From contig LUPB01000086.1 of NCBI GenBank assembly GCA_001627235.1, positions 1 through 59,797 of the forward strand: a stretch of 59,797 nt of DNA, written 5' to 3'. Positions within the stretch are counted from its first letter, which is position 1; each line of letters begins with the position of its first letter. The notes under the pieces are model-generated. The model worked only from the letters and a program-made list of their open reading frames with translations. It made no database searches and was not told the DNA's origin. Source of the stretch: Nitrosopelagicus sp. REDSEA-S31_B2 (GTDB lineage Archaea; Thermoproteota; Nitrososphaeria; Nitrososphaerales; Nitrosopumilaceae). A program made the translations under genes and the position numbers. Shown piece after piece: positions 8,067 to 17,469 of the stretch.

Positions 8067-8335
8067 AAATTCTAGTTGATGAGATGGATGATGGTATGGA
8101 TGAGCGCCTAATACAACTTGGTCATGATGCCTACAGTGTAAAAAAATTACGAAGTGAAGGCAAAAAACTCCATACTGATTATTCAGTCATTAATTACGCA
8201 AAAGAAAATGGTATGGTTCTGATTACTCGTGATACTGAGAGTGGTCAGGCATGCGAGGAAAATGATTTGCCCTGTATACTCCTAGATAATGAGGCAATAT
8301 TCAAAATTGTTACCGAAAAACTACAGAATTTTTAA
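8063..8335 (+). CDS. PIN-like protein (DUF5615 / Mut7-C N-terminal type)
   Basis: MKILVDEM...LGHDA...DYSVINYAKENGMVLITRD. Confidence 0.75.
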   Translation: MKILVDEMDDGMDERLIQLGHDAYSVKKLRSEGKKLHTDYSVINYAKENGMVLITRDTESGQACEENDLPCILLDNEAIFKIVTEKLQNF

Positions 8336-8371
8336 TCAAAGTTATTTATTCTCCCATTTCTAAAATTTTAT

Positions 8372-8626
8372 ATGAAATATTGTGATGGACGGGGAACCTC
8401 ATATCGAAATGGCAATTCTTATGAAGATTGCAAAAAGATTGCCGAAGACATCAATACTCGTTTGAAACCTATCATAAATGAAAAAGGCATACTTCCTTGG
8501 AAACAACTATCTGAAGAAGTTGAACATGATGAGTTAGTTTACAAACTGGTTCTAAAATATTTGAGACGAGACGGGTTTGATATTGGAACTTTTAACAACC
8601 CTCAAATCAGCGTGAAATCTAATTAG
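8372..8626 (+). CDS. hypothetical protein
   Basis: 84-aa ORF with upstream TTATTTA. Confidence 0.65.
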   Translation: MKYCDGRGTSYRNGNSYEDCKKIAEDINTRLKPIINEKGILPWKQLSEEVEHDELVYKLVLKYLRRDGFDIGTFNNPQISVKSN

Positions 8627-9431
8627 GATTAGTCTGAGATTTTATTATTCTTCTTGATATGAGAAATGGCGTCAAGATCAAAATCGGTATTGAAATAGCA
8701 ATGAACAGCGTTTGTAATTCTGTTATTGCAATTGTAAACGCAACTGCACTTGTTGCCCCTATGAACAATGACAAAAATGAACCCACGCACGTGGGGCATG
8801 CAATGAACAGTCCTGTTGTAGCACCAATACTTCCAAGACCTCCTGTCTTTTTGGTTACGGCAATTGCATTTACTGCAAGAGCAGTGTTTAATGCAACCAA
8901 ATATGAGACTACAATTTGCAATAATAGATTAATTGGTATTACGTTGAGACCCACATGCTCTGTCAAATATGCTACAAACTTTGGCATGTATCCTGGTGCT
9001 CCACAACATGGTGTTATGTGTGCCGAAGGAACATCTGCCCCATAATGATACGAAAATACAACTTCGGGCTGATATACCAAAATCCCTGATGTCATTGAGA
9101 AGAATATTCCATAAACTATGAACGTCACAACAAATGTTTTTTTTGCTCTACTGTCTAACGTGTTACTACAAATCATTGATAGGACTGTAGTATTTCCTGT
9201 AGCTGCAATTCTTTTCTGAAATTTACGTAAACCTATTCCAATCATTCCTATTGAAATTGTAAACAATACATAAAATCCCATTCCTAATCTCTCAATAGAT
9301 TGTACTGCATCTGGAGTGATGTCTTGACTTTCGAATCTAGAATAGATCAAAAATAAAATTGCAATTGATACAAATCCTAAAATGATTAATTTCTTGTCAT
9401 TTTGACCGCCCTTGGCAGTCTGTGTTTTCAT
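8619..9431 (-). CDS. multi-pass membrane protein with CC and CPTC motifs
   Basis: About six hydrophobic segments; TPCCG and IACPTCVG. Confidence 0.75.
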   Translation of the reverse strand: MKTQTAKGGQNDKKLIILGFVSIAILFLIYSRFESQDITPDAVQSIERLGMGFYVLFTISIGMIGIGLRKFQKRIAATGNTTVLSMICSNTLDSRAKKTFVVTFIVYGIFFSMTSGILVYQPEVVFSYHYGADVPSAHITPCCGAPGYMPKFVAYLTEHVGLNVIPINLLLQIVVSYLVALNTALAVNAIAVTKKTGGLGSIGATTGLFIACPTCVGSFLSLFIGATSAVAFTIAITELQTLFIAISIPILILTPFLISRRIIKSQTNPN

Positions 9432-9491
9432 GTGGGATCTCTTACTTGGTTCATTATATTTTTAACATATTATCTGCAACTTATTTTGAAT

Positions 9492-9923
9492 ATGGAAATT
9501 AATGAAGTTCAAGATCCTGATTATGAGGTTGTCACAATAAGTAATCTGGGGTTTGTTGATCCATATGGCAATGAGGGTCTTGTAATCTTGCACTCTGACG
9601 ATAAACGGGAATTTCACATGCGTGCATTTTCTGGTGAAGTCTCAAGGCATATTGCAAGTTTTCTAGATGGGGACCACGATACAGTTCCAACCATCTATAA
9701 AATGCTTGAAGATATATGTGAAGCAAATGAACTCTTGTTAGTCAAAGTAAAAATTTATGAAAGTGGAGATGCATTACGGGCAAATCTCTATCTTACTGGA
9801 AAAAAAGACATTGTTCTACGAAATTATCGTGCTTCTGACGCTGTGGCTCTTGCGGTATACTATAACATTCCAATTTTAGTTCGAAGTAATATGCTAAAAA
9901 GCCCAATAGAAGAGACTACGTAA
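9492..9923 (+). CDS. bifunctional nuclease family protein (DUF151)
   Basis: LLVKVKIYE...RANLYL...RASDAVALAVYYNIPILV; ATG 9492 preferred because the longer ORF overlaps the divergent gene. Confidence 0.75.
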   Translation: MEINEVQDPDYEVVTISNLGFVDPYGNEGLVILHSDDKREFHMRAFSGEVSRHIASFLDGDHDTVPTIYKMLEDICEANELLLVKVKIYESGDALRANLYLTGKKDIVLRNYRASDAVALAVYYNIPILVRSNMLKSPIEETT

Positions 9924-11007
9924 CTATCTCTTTGATTCTATCTTCTTCTACTGCACGTTTAATTTCCATTGCAATACGTCTACCAATTCCAAATGTAGTT
10001 CCATACTGATATTTGGTATACGGACTGGTTGTTGCAACAATTGGATTTCCTGGAACTCTCAATGATACATCATAGACAATCATTTCCAAATCTTTTGTAA
10101 TTACACTTTGTAGTGAAAATGGTCCAATTATTCCTGGGGCATATTCTTTTTTCACAGCACGAACAAATTTGTCTCCCATTTTGAAGACCTTCTCTAACAA
10201 TGACTCTCTAATACTTGCTGGTGTATGACCAACCTCTATATTTTGTAATGGAATGTCCATCTCTAACTGTTGTTTTGCAGGAAGTGCATTGTAATCATGA
10301 ATATTTGTCTGAAGGCGTCTTTCTATTCCAATAAAGTCCACTTGGTCTGAAATTGGTGTGTGAAAGAAGTTGAAATTTAGATATGTTCCAATTGCCAATT
10401 CCTCAATACTTGCTTTTTCCAAATCCTTTCTTGCTATGATTCCTTTTTTGATCTTCTCTTCTGACTTCTCTTTGTAATCTGCATATGATGTAACTGTGAA
10501 AAATGCCCGTTCTAGTTTTCTGTCCTTTTCCATGACTTTTACGATTGCCGGCTTGTTGATGGATTTTGGATTCTCAAATATTTTTGGGAATTTAACTCCC
10601 GCCTTTTTTAGTAAATAATACTGATTCCTCTTATTTTCTCTCTCTTCAGCTTGAAACAGCTTCCTATTTCCAAATATTGGAACCTTTAGCTTGTTTTCCA
10701 ATATGTCATATCCAAGATATGCAGTTAACGAGCGATGTGGAACGATGATGGTATTTTCATCTCTCATCATCTTTTGATTTGCAGGGCTTGCCATATCCTT
10801 GAATTTTTTGATAATCTTAATTTCATCTGCAATTCTATTGAATCTTTGATATGGTACTTCTCTGCCTTTTTGACAAAATACCATTGTCTCAAAATCTTCA
10901 TCCTTGGCCCCATCCATTATCTCTAGTGCTGAATGACTTCCAAGTACCCCGATTTTTGGATCTGTATATTCTGATGCAATCTTTTGCATCTCAGATCTCT
11001 TAATCAT
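9916..11007 (-). CDS. purP: formate-dependent AICAR formyltransferase (PurP family, ATP-grasp)
   Basis: IGVLGSHSALEIMDGAKDE; GHTPASIRESLLEKVF; IGPFSLQ; GRRIAMEIK. Confidence 0.88.
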   Translation of the reverse strand: MIKRSEMQKIASEYTDPKIGVLGSHSALEIMDGAKDEDFETMVFCQKGREVPYQRFNRIADEIKIIKKFKDMASPANQKMMRDENTIIVPHRSLTAYLGYDILENKLKVPIFGNRKLFQAEERENKRNQYYLLKKAGVKFPKIFENPKSINKPAIVKVMEKDRKLERAFFTVTSYADYKEKSEEKIKKGIIARKDLEKASIEELAIGTYLNFNFFHTPISDQVDFIGIERRLQTNIHDYNALPAKQQLEMDIPLQNIEVGHTPASIRESLLEKVFKMGDKFVRAVKKEYAPGIIGPFSLQSVITKDLEMIVYDVSLRVPGNPIVATTSPYTKYQYGTTFGIGRRIAMEIKRAVEEDRIKEIVT

Positions 11008-11081
11008 ATTGTATCGATTTGTCTTGTAAAATTAAATGCTTCTTTGGAAGAGTTTTCTACTTGTAATTTTCTAGTTAAATC

Positions 11082-11201
11082 ATGCAAGTTGAAATGGTTC
11101 TTGTTGGAATGATTCTATTTGGCGGTATGGTTGCAGCAGGTGTTAAGGTTTGGTTAAACAAAAGAAAAGAATCTGAGGAATTGGATGAAACCCACGCGTA
11201 A
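11082..11201 (+). CDS. 39-aa single-pass membrane microprotein (not in ORF track)
   Basis: Hand translation MQVEMVLVGMILFGGMVAAGVKVWLNKRKESEELDETHA. Confidence 0.5.
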   Translation: MQVEMVLVGMILFGGMVAAGVKVWLNKRKESEELDETHA

Positions 11202-11247
11202 ATTATCATATTCAGTTATATTTTGTAAAATTTGATCAAACAAGTAC

Positions 11248-11805
11248 ATGAAACTTGTAGTTGGAATCACTGGAAGTACTGGAGTCATTTATGGAATCCG
11301 CCTATTGGAGGTTCTAAAAGAAAAAGGAATTGAGACAAATCTTGTCATGTCTGAATGGGCAAAAAAATGTGTTCCAATGGAAACTAAACATGATATAGAA
11401 TATGTTGAATCTCTTGCCACTGAAGTGACAGATGAAAAAAACATGGCTGCAAATGTTTCAAGTGGAACTCACAAAACTGATGGAATGATTGTAATTCCGT
11501 GCACAATGAAAACACTTTCAAGTATTGCAAATGGTTATGATGAAACTTTAGTTGCCCGTGCTGCAGGAGTTACTATGAAAGAGGCTAGAAAGTTAATTCT
11601 AGTTGCAAGAGAAACACCTCTTACTGCCATAAATCTGGAAAATATGTTAAAACTCGCTAGACTTGGTATTGTAATTTTGCCTCCTGTCACTGAATTTTAT
11701 ACAAATCCTACATCGATAGACGCAATGGTTGATCACATTGTTGGAAAATGTCTTGATCAATTTGATATTGAACATGATCTATTTACTCGATGGGGAAGTA
11801 AATAG
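11248..11805 (+). CDS. ubiX: flavin prenyltransferase UbiX
   Basis: VVGITGSTGVIYG; SSG; PCTMKTLSSIANG; RAAGVTMKEARKLILVARETPL. Confidence 0.93.
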   Translation: MKLVVGITGSTGVIYGIRLLEVLKEKGIETNLVMSEWAKKCVPMETKHDIEYVESLATEVTDEKNMAANVSSGTHKTDGMIVIPCTMKTLSSIANGYDETLVARAAGVTMKEARKLILVARETPLTAINLENMLKLARLGIVILPPVTEFYTNPTSIDAMVDHIVGKCLDQFDIEHDLFTRWGSK

Positions 11806-11842
11806 CCCAAAAAAATTTACACTAGTTTTATTTTGAAAACTC

Positions 11843-12262
11843 ATGTTGAAGATAACTTTTGAACGTGAAATTAATGCCGATATTGAAAAATCATTCGAAG
11901 TGATGACAAATTTTGAAAACTTCCAAAAACTATTCCCTGATTATTATCCCTCTATTTTGATTAAATCTGTACGAGATGAAAGTTCTCTTGTGGCTGAACA
12001 TCTCAAACTTCACGATAAGGAATTCATAATCATGGCTAAACATTTTTTCTCTAAACCTAACACTCATGAGATGCGTGTTGTTGGGGGAGATATTAAAGGC
12101 AGTAGCATCAATGAAAATTTTACATCTGATAATGGTAAAACACATCTAAAAGTTAATGCAGAACTAGATGTCAAATCCTCACGCTTTTCAAAGAAAAATC
12201 CATACGGAGAATCCTTAACTGAATTATACGACAAAATGATTAAAGAAATAGAAAAATCCTAA
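11843..12262 (+). CDS. SRPBCC/START-fold protein
   Basis: FEREINADIEKSFEVMTNFENFQKLFP N-terminal pattern. Confidence 0.7.
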   Translation: MLKITFEREINADIEKSFEVMTNFENFQKLFPDYYPSILIKSVRDESSLVAEHLKLHDKEFIIMAKHFFSKPNTHEMRVVGGDIKGSSINENFTSDNGKTHLKVNAELDVKSSRFSKKNPYGESLTELYDKMIKEIEKS

Positions 12263-12456
12263 TCTTTACTTTCTTTGAACTCTTTTAGTTCTTTATCTGC
12301 TTCAATTTCGCCTTTCTTGTATTCGCCTTTTGCTTTACCAAATGTTTTTGCCAATTCTGGAATTTTTTTTGCTCCAAATAGCAAAACACCTGCTGCAACG
12401 ATTACAATTATCCATTCGCTTCCTCCTGGAATGAAATTGACAACGTTCTCAATCAT
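12259..12456 (-). CDS. tatA: twin-arginine translocase TatA/E
   Basis: EWIIV...LLFGAKKIPELAKTFGKAKGEYKKG. Confidence 0.92.
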   Translation of the reverse strand: MIENVVNFIPGGSEWIIVIVAAGVLLFGAKKIPELAKTFGKAKGEYKKGEIEADKELKEFKESKD

Positions 12457-12481
12457 GATTCATCTAGTGTTAATTTCTCAT

Positions 12482-13273
12482 TTAAGTCTTGATAGTCTGT
12501 CTTTCTTGTCTTTCTGCAATAACCATGCCTGCAAAGTATAGTGCAACCATAGGTAATGACACAAACCACATTGTGACCCCACTACCATCAGGTGTAATTA
12601 CTGCACCAAATACAATTATTGCAATAATTGCATATCTCATATTTCTTCTCCAGAATTTTGCATCTACTAGTCCTGAAAGACTAACTGCATACATTATGAG
12701 TGGAAGTTGAAATGATATGCCAAATGCCAACAAGAATTGTAAAACAAATGTTACAAAATCCATTATATTCAAAAACGTGACAAGACCTGCAGATTCCCCA
12801 TATCTATAAAGAAAATCTAAAATGAATGGAATTACCGCTGAATATGAAAATGCACATCCTGTAATGAATAATCCAATTGCTGGAAGTGTAATTGTGCGTC
12901 CAACATGAATCTCTCTTTCTTTTAATGCAGGTTTCAAAAATGATATGAACTCTCTCACTATGATTGGTATACTTAGAACAATTCCAATTAATGCTGCAAT
13001 GTAGACTTGTGAAAAGAATGCTTGACCTGGTGCTGTTTGAATGAGTTGAACTCCTTCTGGAACAAGCTCACCTCTCATTACATTTGTAAATTGTGCTGCA
13101 ATGTTGTCTAAAGGCTCTGGATATGGATAGTATAGAGTAACTCCCATCACATCCACAGGTGTTGCATGGAACGTTAAGATGAATACTGTAATAACTAGTA
13201 TTGATATGACTGAACGAACTACTCTTTTTCGTAATTCTTCTATGTGTACATTTATCTCATTTAGCTCTGACAT
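12482..13273 (-). CDS. tatC: twin-arginine translocase TatC
   Basis: HIEELRKR; FLKPALKERE; FQLPL; ITPD. Confidence 0.93.
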   Translation of the reverse strand: MSELNEINVHIEELRKRVVRSVISILVITVFILTFHATPVDVMGVTLYYPYPEPLDNIAAQFTNVMRGELVPEGVQLIQTAPGQAFFSQVYIAALIGIVLSIPIIVREFISFLKPALKEREIHVGRTITLPAIGLFITGCAFSYSAVIPFILDFLYRYGESAGLVTFLNIMDFVTFVLQFLLAFGISFQLPLIMYAVSLSGLVDAKFWRRNMRYAIIAIIVFGAVITPDGSGVTMWFVSLPMVALYFAGMVIAERQERQTIKT

Positions 13274-13319
13274 CTAATCTCCATGATGGCATATCTTCAA
13301 CAAAAATGTTTCAAACATT

Positions 13320-13781
13320 CTAGGTAGGGATTGGTAAAAGTTTAGCCTCAGGATATCCCCATTCTTTTAACTGTTCTTGAGTTGTATCATGTAATTCGAC
13401 TGTAATTACAGTAGTTACGGTAAACTCCTCTTCTAGTTCTTTTGCTAATTTTGCAATCTCTTTTCCTGAATAGATTTCTTTAGAACCTTCAAGAATGATT
13501 CTTTCTCCTTTTTCAACTTCATTTCCACCAAATCGTTTTTTCAGGAATTTTGTAATACTTGGCAATTCACTTCTCTCGATATTGTTGTGGAAATAGGTAA
13601 TTCCTTTCTTTGATTCGTAATCATGTGGAGTTCCTGCTTTGTAAAGAAATACTCCAAAAAATACTGCCTCTTCTTCTGGCTCTCTAGTACATTTGATATC
13701 CCAATTGAGAACTTTATCTTCATTATGAGTTAGTTTTTCCATCTCCTCGATTGTCATCTTCCAATAGCGAAATTTTGCCAT
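13320..13781 (-). CDS. hypothetical protein
   Basis: 153-aa ORF with ordinary globular composition. Confidence 0.7.
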   Translation of the reverse strand: MAKFRYWKMTIEEMEKLTHNEDKVLNWDIKCTREPEEEAVFFGVFLYKAGTPHDYESKKGITYFHNNIERSELPSITKFLKKRFGGNEVEKGERIILEGSKEIYSGKEIAKLAKELEEEFTVTTVITVELHDTTQEQLKEWGYPEAKLLPIPT

Positions 13782-13881
13782 ACCTCAAAATATTTTTGCC
13801 ATTATAAATTCAATTCCATATGCAAAATGATCCCTTTTGTCAAAAAAACGGCTTATATTATATCACTCATTGTAAAACATC

Positions 13882-14142
13882 ATGCCTGATTTTCAAGTTA
13901 GCATCGTAATTGAAAACAAACCTGGAATTAGTGACCCTGAAGGTGATACCATACTAAATGATCTTGTCTTGAAAGGTAAGAACAAAAACATTTCAAAAAT
14001 TCGCTCTGGAACCATCCTCAAGTTCTCAATTACTGAAAATGATGAAAATGCTGCAAAAGATGAGGTTCTAAAAATTTGTGATGAACTTCGAATTTACAAT
14101 CCTCTTGTCAGTAAAGTCACTGCAACTGTAGAAAAAATCTAA
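13882..14142 (+). CDS. purS: FGAM synthase subunit PurS
   Basis: KPGISDPEG...IRSG...YNPLV. Confidence 0.88.
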   Translation: MPDFQVSIVIENKPGISDPEGDTILNDLVLKGKNKNISKIRSGTILKFSITENDENAAKDEVLKICDELRIYNPLVSKVTATVEKI

Positions 14143-14555
14143 TCGTTGCTAATACTCTTTATTGTACCATCGACCAAAAGTTGATCTCTAAGATAGCTTG
14201 CAAGGTCTGTTTGTGTTATGACTCCAACTAATTTTTCATTATCTGTAACCAGTAATCTTCGTATATTCTTGTTTAACATTTTTTGAACTGCGTCCTCGAT
14301 TGTGGTAGTTGGATCTACTGAACGAAACTTGTATGACATGATGTCTGAAACCTTGACTTCACTTGATTTTTTGTCTGCGGCAGCAATCTTGCGAACAAAA
14401 TCACTTTCGCTTAATACTCCTTGTGGAATTCCATCATTAATGACTACTAGAAAACTAATGTCTTTTTCAGCAATTATCTCTGCTGCTTCTTGAGCAGTTT
14501 TGTCATTTTCTATTGTGATGACGTTTTTTTCCATAATATCTCTAATTTGTCCCAT
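14139..14555 (-). CDS. CBS-pair protein
   Basis: Two CBS repeats (GVLSESDFV; VGVITQTDL). Confidence 0.9.
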   Translation of the reverse strand: MGQIRDIMEKNVITIENDKTAQEAAEIIAEKDISFLVVINDGIPQGVLSESDFVRKIAAADKKSSEVKVSDIMSYKFRSVDPTTTIEDAVQKMLNKNIRRLLVTDNEKLVGVITQTDLASYLRDQLLVDGTIKSISND

Positions 14556-14632
14556 AAGAGAAATTGGAAATTTCTAAAATAAAAACATGTCATCACAAAA
14601 TCAAATTTATACCACGAAATTGATGTTAAATT

Positions 14633-15313
14633 GTGAAAGTCGGGGTTATCGTTTTTCCTGGCAGTAATTGTGATCGTGACATGCATCACGTACTTACTGA
14701 TGTATTTGACTTAAACGCCGAATTCTTTTGGCATGAAAAAAACCTCCCTGAAAATATTGATGCTGTGGTACTTCCTGGTGGGTTCTCTTATGGAGACCGA
14801 TTAAGAGCAGGTGTAATTGCGGCTCATAGTCCAATTATCTCTGATGTAAAAAAATTAGCTGAAAAGGGTATCCCTGTTTTGGGCGTATGCAATGGATTTC
14901 AAATTCTTGTAGAGTCTGGACTTCTTCCGGGCGTTTTATTGAAAAATGAATCATTGAATTTCATGTGTGAGTGGACAAATCTAATTGTAAAAAATAACAA
15001 AACCCCTTTTACAAACAAACTTGAACTTAATCAAAAAATCCCAATCCCGATTGCAAACGGTGAAGGTAGATACTTTGTTGATGAACAAACTCTTGAACAA
15101 CTAGAAAAAAATAATCAAATTGTATTTTCTTATGAAAATAAAGTTAATGGCTCTGTATCTCAAATAGCAGGCGTTTGTAATTCTGATGGCAATGTTGTTG
15201 GAATGATGCCTCATCCTGAACGTGCAGCTGAAAAAGAAATCAATCAAATTGATCACAAGCCTTCTTCTCTAATCTTTGAATCTCTTGTTGAAACGGTAGG
15301 TATGAAAAAATGA
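14633..15313 (+). CDS. purQ: FGAM synthase glutaminase subunit PurQ
   Basis: FPGSNCD; PGGFSYGDRLR; GVCNGFQIL; MMPHPER. Confidence 0.96.
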   Translation: MKVGVIVFPGSNCDRDMHHVLTDVFDLNAEFFWHEKNLPENIDAVVLPGGFSYGDRLRAGVIAAHSPIISDVKKLAEKGIPVLGVCNGFQILVESGLLPGVLLKNESLNFMCEWTNLIVKNNKTPFTNKLELNQKIPIPIANGEGRYFVDEQTLEQLEKNNQIVFSYENKVNGSVSQIAGVCNSDGNVVGMMPHPERAAEKEINQIDHKPSSLIFESLVETVGMKK

Positions 15314-17469
15314 GTTTCCAAGAACATGAAAAATTGCACATTGAAAAAAATGTTAAACGAGAACTAACTACTACTGAATCACAAATCCTTGCAGCAGAAT
15401 GGTCTGAACACTGTTCATACAAGTCCTCAAAGCAACATCTCAAGATGTTACCGACGACAGGTCCAAATGTTATTGTAGAGAAAGGATATGATTCCGGTGT
15501 TTTAGATGTTGGCGATGGTTATGTAGTAACTGTTCACATTGAAAGTCATAACCATCCTTCTGCTGTAGAGCCCTTTGGTGGGGCTGCAACTGGTGTTGGT
15601 GGTGTCATTCGTGATATTCTATCTGCAGGTACCAGACCAATTGCACTATTTGACGGATTACGATTTGGAAATATAGAAACTGATTCACATGCTAGATGGT
15701 TATTCAAAAATGCAGTTGCAGGAATTGCAGATTATGGAAATTGTCTTGGCATTCCCACTATTGGTGGTGAAGTTGAATTTGATGAATGCTACAAAAATTA
15801 TGCTCTAGTAGATGTTGCTGCAGTTGGTTTTGGAAAAAAATCAAAATTAATTAAAAACCATGCAAACATTGGTGATTTAGTTATTCTCATAGGAGGTTCT
15901 ACTGGTCGTGATGGTGTTGGTGGTTCTCAATTTGCATCTGATGCATTAGAAGGTGAAGACCGTTCTGCAGTACAAATTCCGGATCCTTTCATTGAAAAAT
16001 TAATCATTGAAGCAATTTTGGAATGCCGTGATCAAAACTGCATCAATGCAATGAAAGATTTAGGCGGTGGAGGATTATCTTGTGCTATATCTGAAACCGC
16101 TGAAAGTTTAGGAATTGGTATTGAATTAGATGTAAAAAATGTACATTTACGTGAGTCTGATTTGGCACCTGAAGAAATTATGATATCTGAATCTCAAGAA
16201 AGAATGCTTGTTATTGCCAGTCCAGACAATCTTTCCAAAATTAACAGTATCTGTGACAAATTTAGAATCCAATGTTCCGTTCTTGGTAAAGTAAAAGAAG
16301 ACAAAATGATGCATGTTAAAAATGGAAATGAAACTATTGCATTACTTCCTGCTGACTTTGTAGCACGAGGGCCCCTAATCTCTAGAGAGAAATCAAAACC
16401 AAAATACCTTTCAAATTTACCTGTGGCTCCTGAGCCACAAAACAATCTGTCTTTCACAGACGTATTGCTGAAATTACTTTCTTCTCCAAATATTGCAAGT
16501 AAACATTGGGTATATCGTCAATATGATCATGAAGTTGGAATTAGAACCGTGATTAAACCTGGATATGACAGCTCAGTATTACGTCTGGATAATGGAAAAT
16601 CATTATCTGTAAAAATAGATGGTAATCCGAAGCATTGTTACCTGAATCCTAGACAGGGAGCAATTGGTTGTTTTGAAGAAGCATGTAGAAATGTTGTATG
16701 TACTGGCGCTACTCCGATAGGAATGGTTGATCATTTGCAATTTGGAAATCCTGAGGATCCTGAAATATTTTGGACATTCATGGAGTCTATTGAAGGAATC
16801 ACGGATTTTGCAAAATCTCTAAACATACCATGTGTTGGTGGTAAAGTAAGCTTCTATAACGAAACTAATGACGGTCCAATAAAACCAACTCCATTAATAG
16901 GCGTACTTGGATTAATTGACAGTTCTCCTCTCCATCCTAATCCCCCTTCAGAAAATGATGTAATTTTATTGATTGGTGAAACCAAAGATGAACTTGGTGG
17001 TTCTGAATATTATGAATACATTCACAATTTTGTTGGTGGCACCGCTCCTTCTGTAGATGTATCTAATTCAAAGAAAAACATGGAATCTGTTTTGTCGTTA
17101 ATTTCAGAAAATCTTGTCAAAACTGCACATGATTGTTCAAAAGGCGGTTTGGCAATAGCAATATCTGAATTATGTATCTTTGGAAAAGTTGGTTGCCATG
17201 TAAATCTAAACAAAGTATCAACATTGTCCACTGAAAAAATTCTATTTTCTGAAAGTCATTCAAGGTATATTCTTGTTATAGAAAAAAGCAAATTAGATTC
17301 TGTAAAAAATATCTTATCTGAAAAAAATTGTTCATTTTCAGAACTTGGAATATTTACTAGCGATCAAATTATCTTTGAATCTGATTCTAACCCTGTTTTG
17401 GAACTAATAGTTGATAAAGCAGAAAATAATTATCTAAATTCATTGGGGAAGATAATTCAAAATGGTTAA
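15310..17469 (+). CDS. purL: FGAM synthase subunit PurL
   Basis: WSEHCSYKSS; ESHNHPSAVEPFGGAATGVGG; SESQERM. Confidence 0.97.
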   Translation: MSFQEHEKLHIEKNVKRELTTTESQILAAEWSEHCSYKSSKQHLKMLPTTGPNVIVEKGYDSGVLDVGDGYVVTVHIESHNHPSAVEPFGGAATGVGGVIRDILSAGTRPIALFDGLRFGNIETDSHARWLFKNAVAGIADYGNCLGIPTIGGEVEFDECYKNYALVDVAAVGFGKKSKLIKNHANIGDLVILIGGSTGRDGVGGSQFASDALEGEDRSAVQIPDPFIEKLIIEAILECRDQNCINAMKDLGGGGLSCAISETAESLGIGIELDVKNVHLRESDLAPEEIMISESQERMLVIASPDNLSKINSICDKFRIQCSVLGKVKEDKMMHVKNGNETIALLPADFVARGPLISREKSKPKYLSNLPVAPEPQNNLSFTDVLLKLLSSPNIASKHWVYRQYDHEVGIRTVIKPGYDSSVLRLDNGKSLSVKIDGNPKHCYLNPRQGAIGCFEEACRNVVCTGATPIGMVDHLQFGNPEDPEIFWTFMESIEGITDFAKSLNIPCVGGKVSFYNETNDGPIKPTPLIGVLGLIDSSPLHPNPPSENDVILLIGETKDELGGSEYYEYIHNFVGGTAPSVDVSNSKKNMESVLSLISENLVKTAHDCSKGGLAIAISELCIFGKVGCHVNLNKVSTLSTEKILFSESHSRYILVIEKSKLDSVKNILSEKNCSFSELGIFTSDQIIFESDSNPVLELIVDKAENNYLNSLGKIIQNG

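Noticed and set aside
9402-9491. N-terminal extension of the DUF151 ORF
   Set aside because: Overlaps the divergent gene start; ATG 9492 gives a normal-length protein
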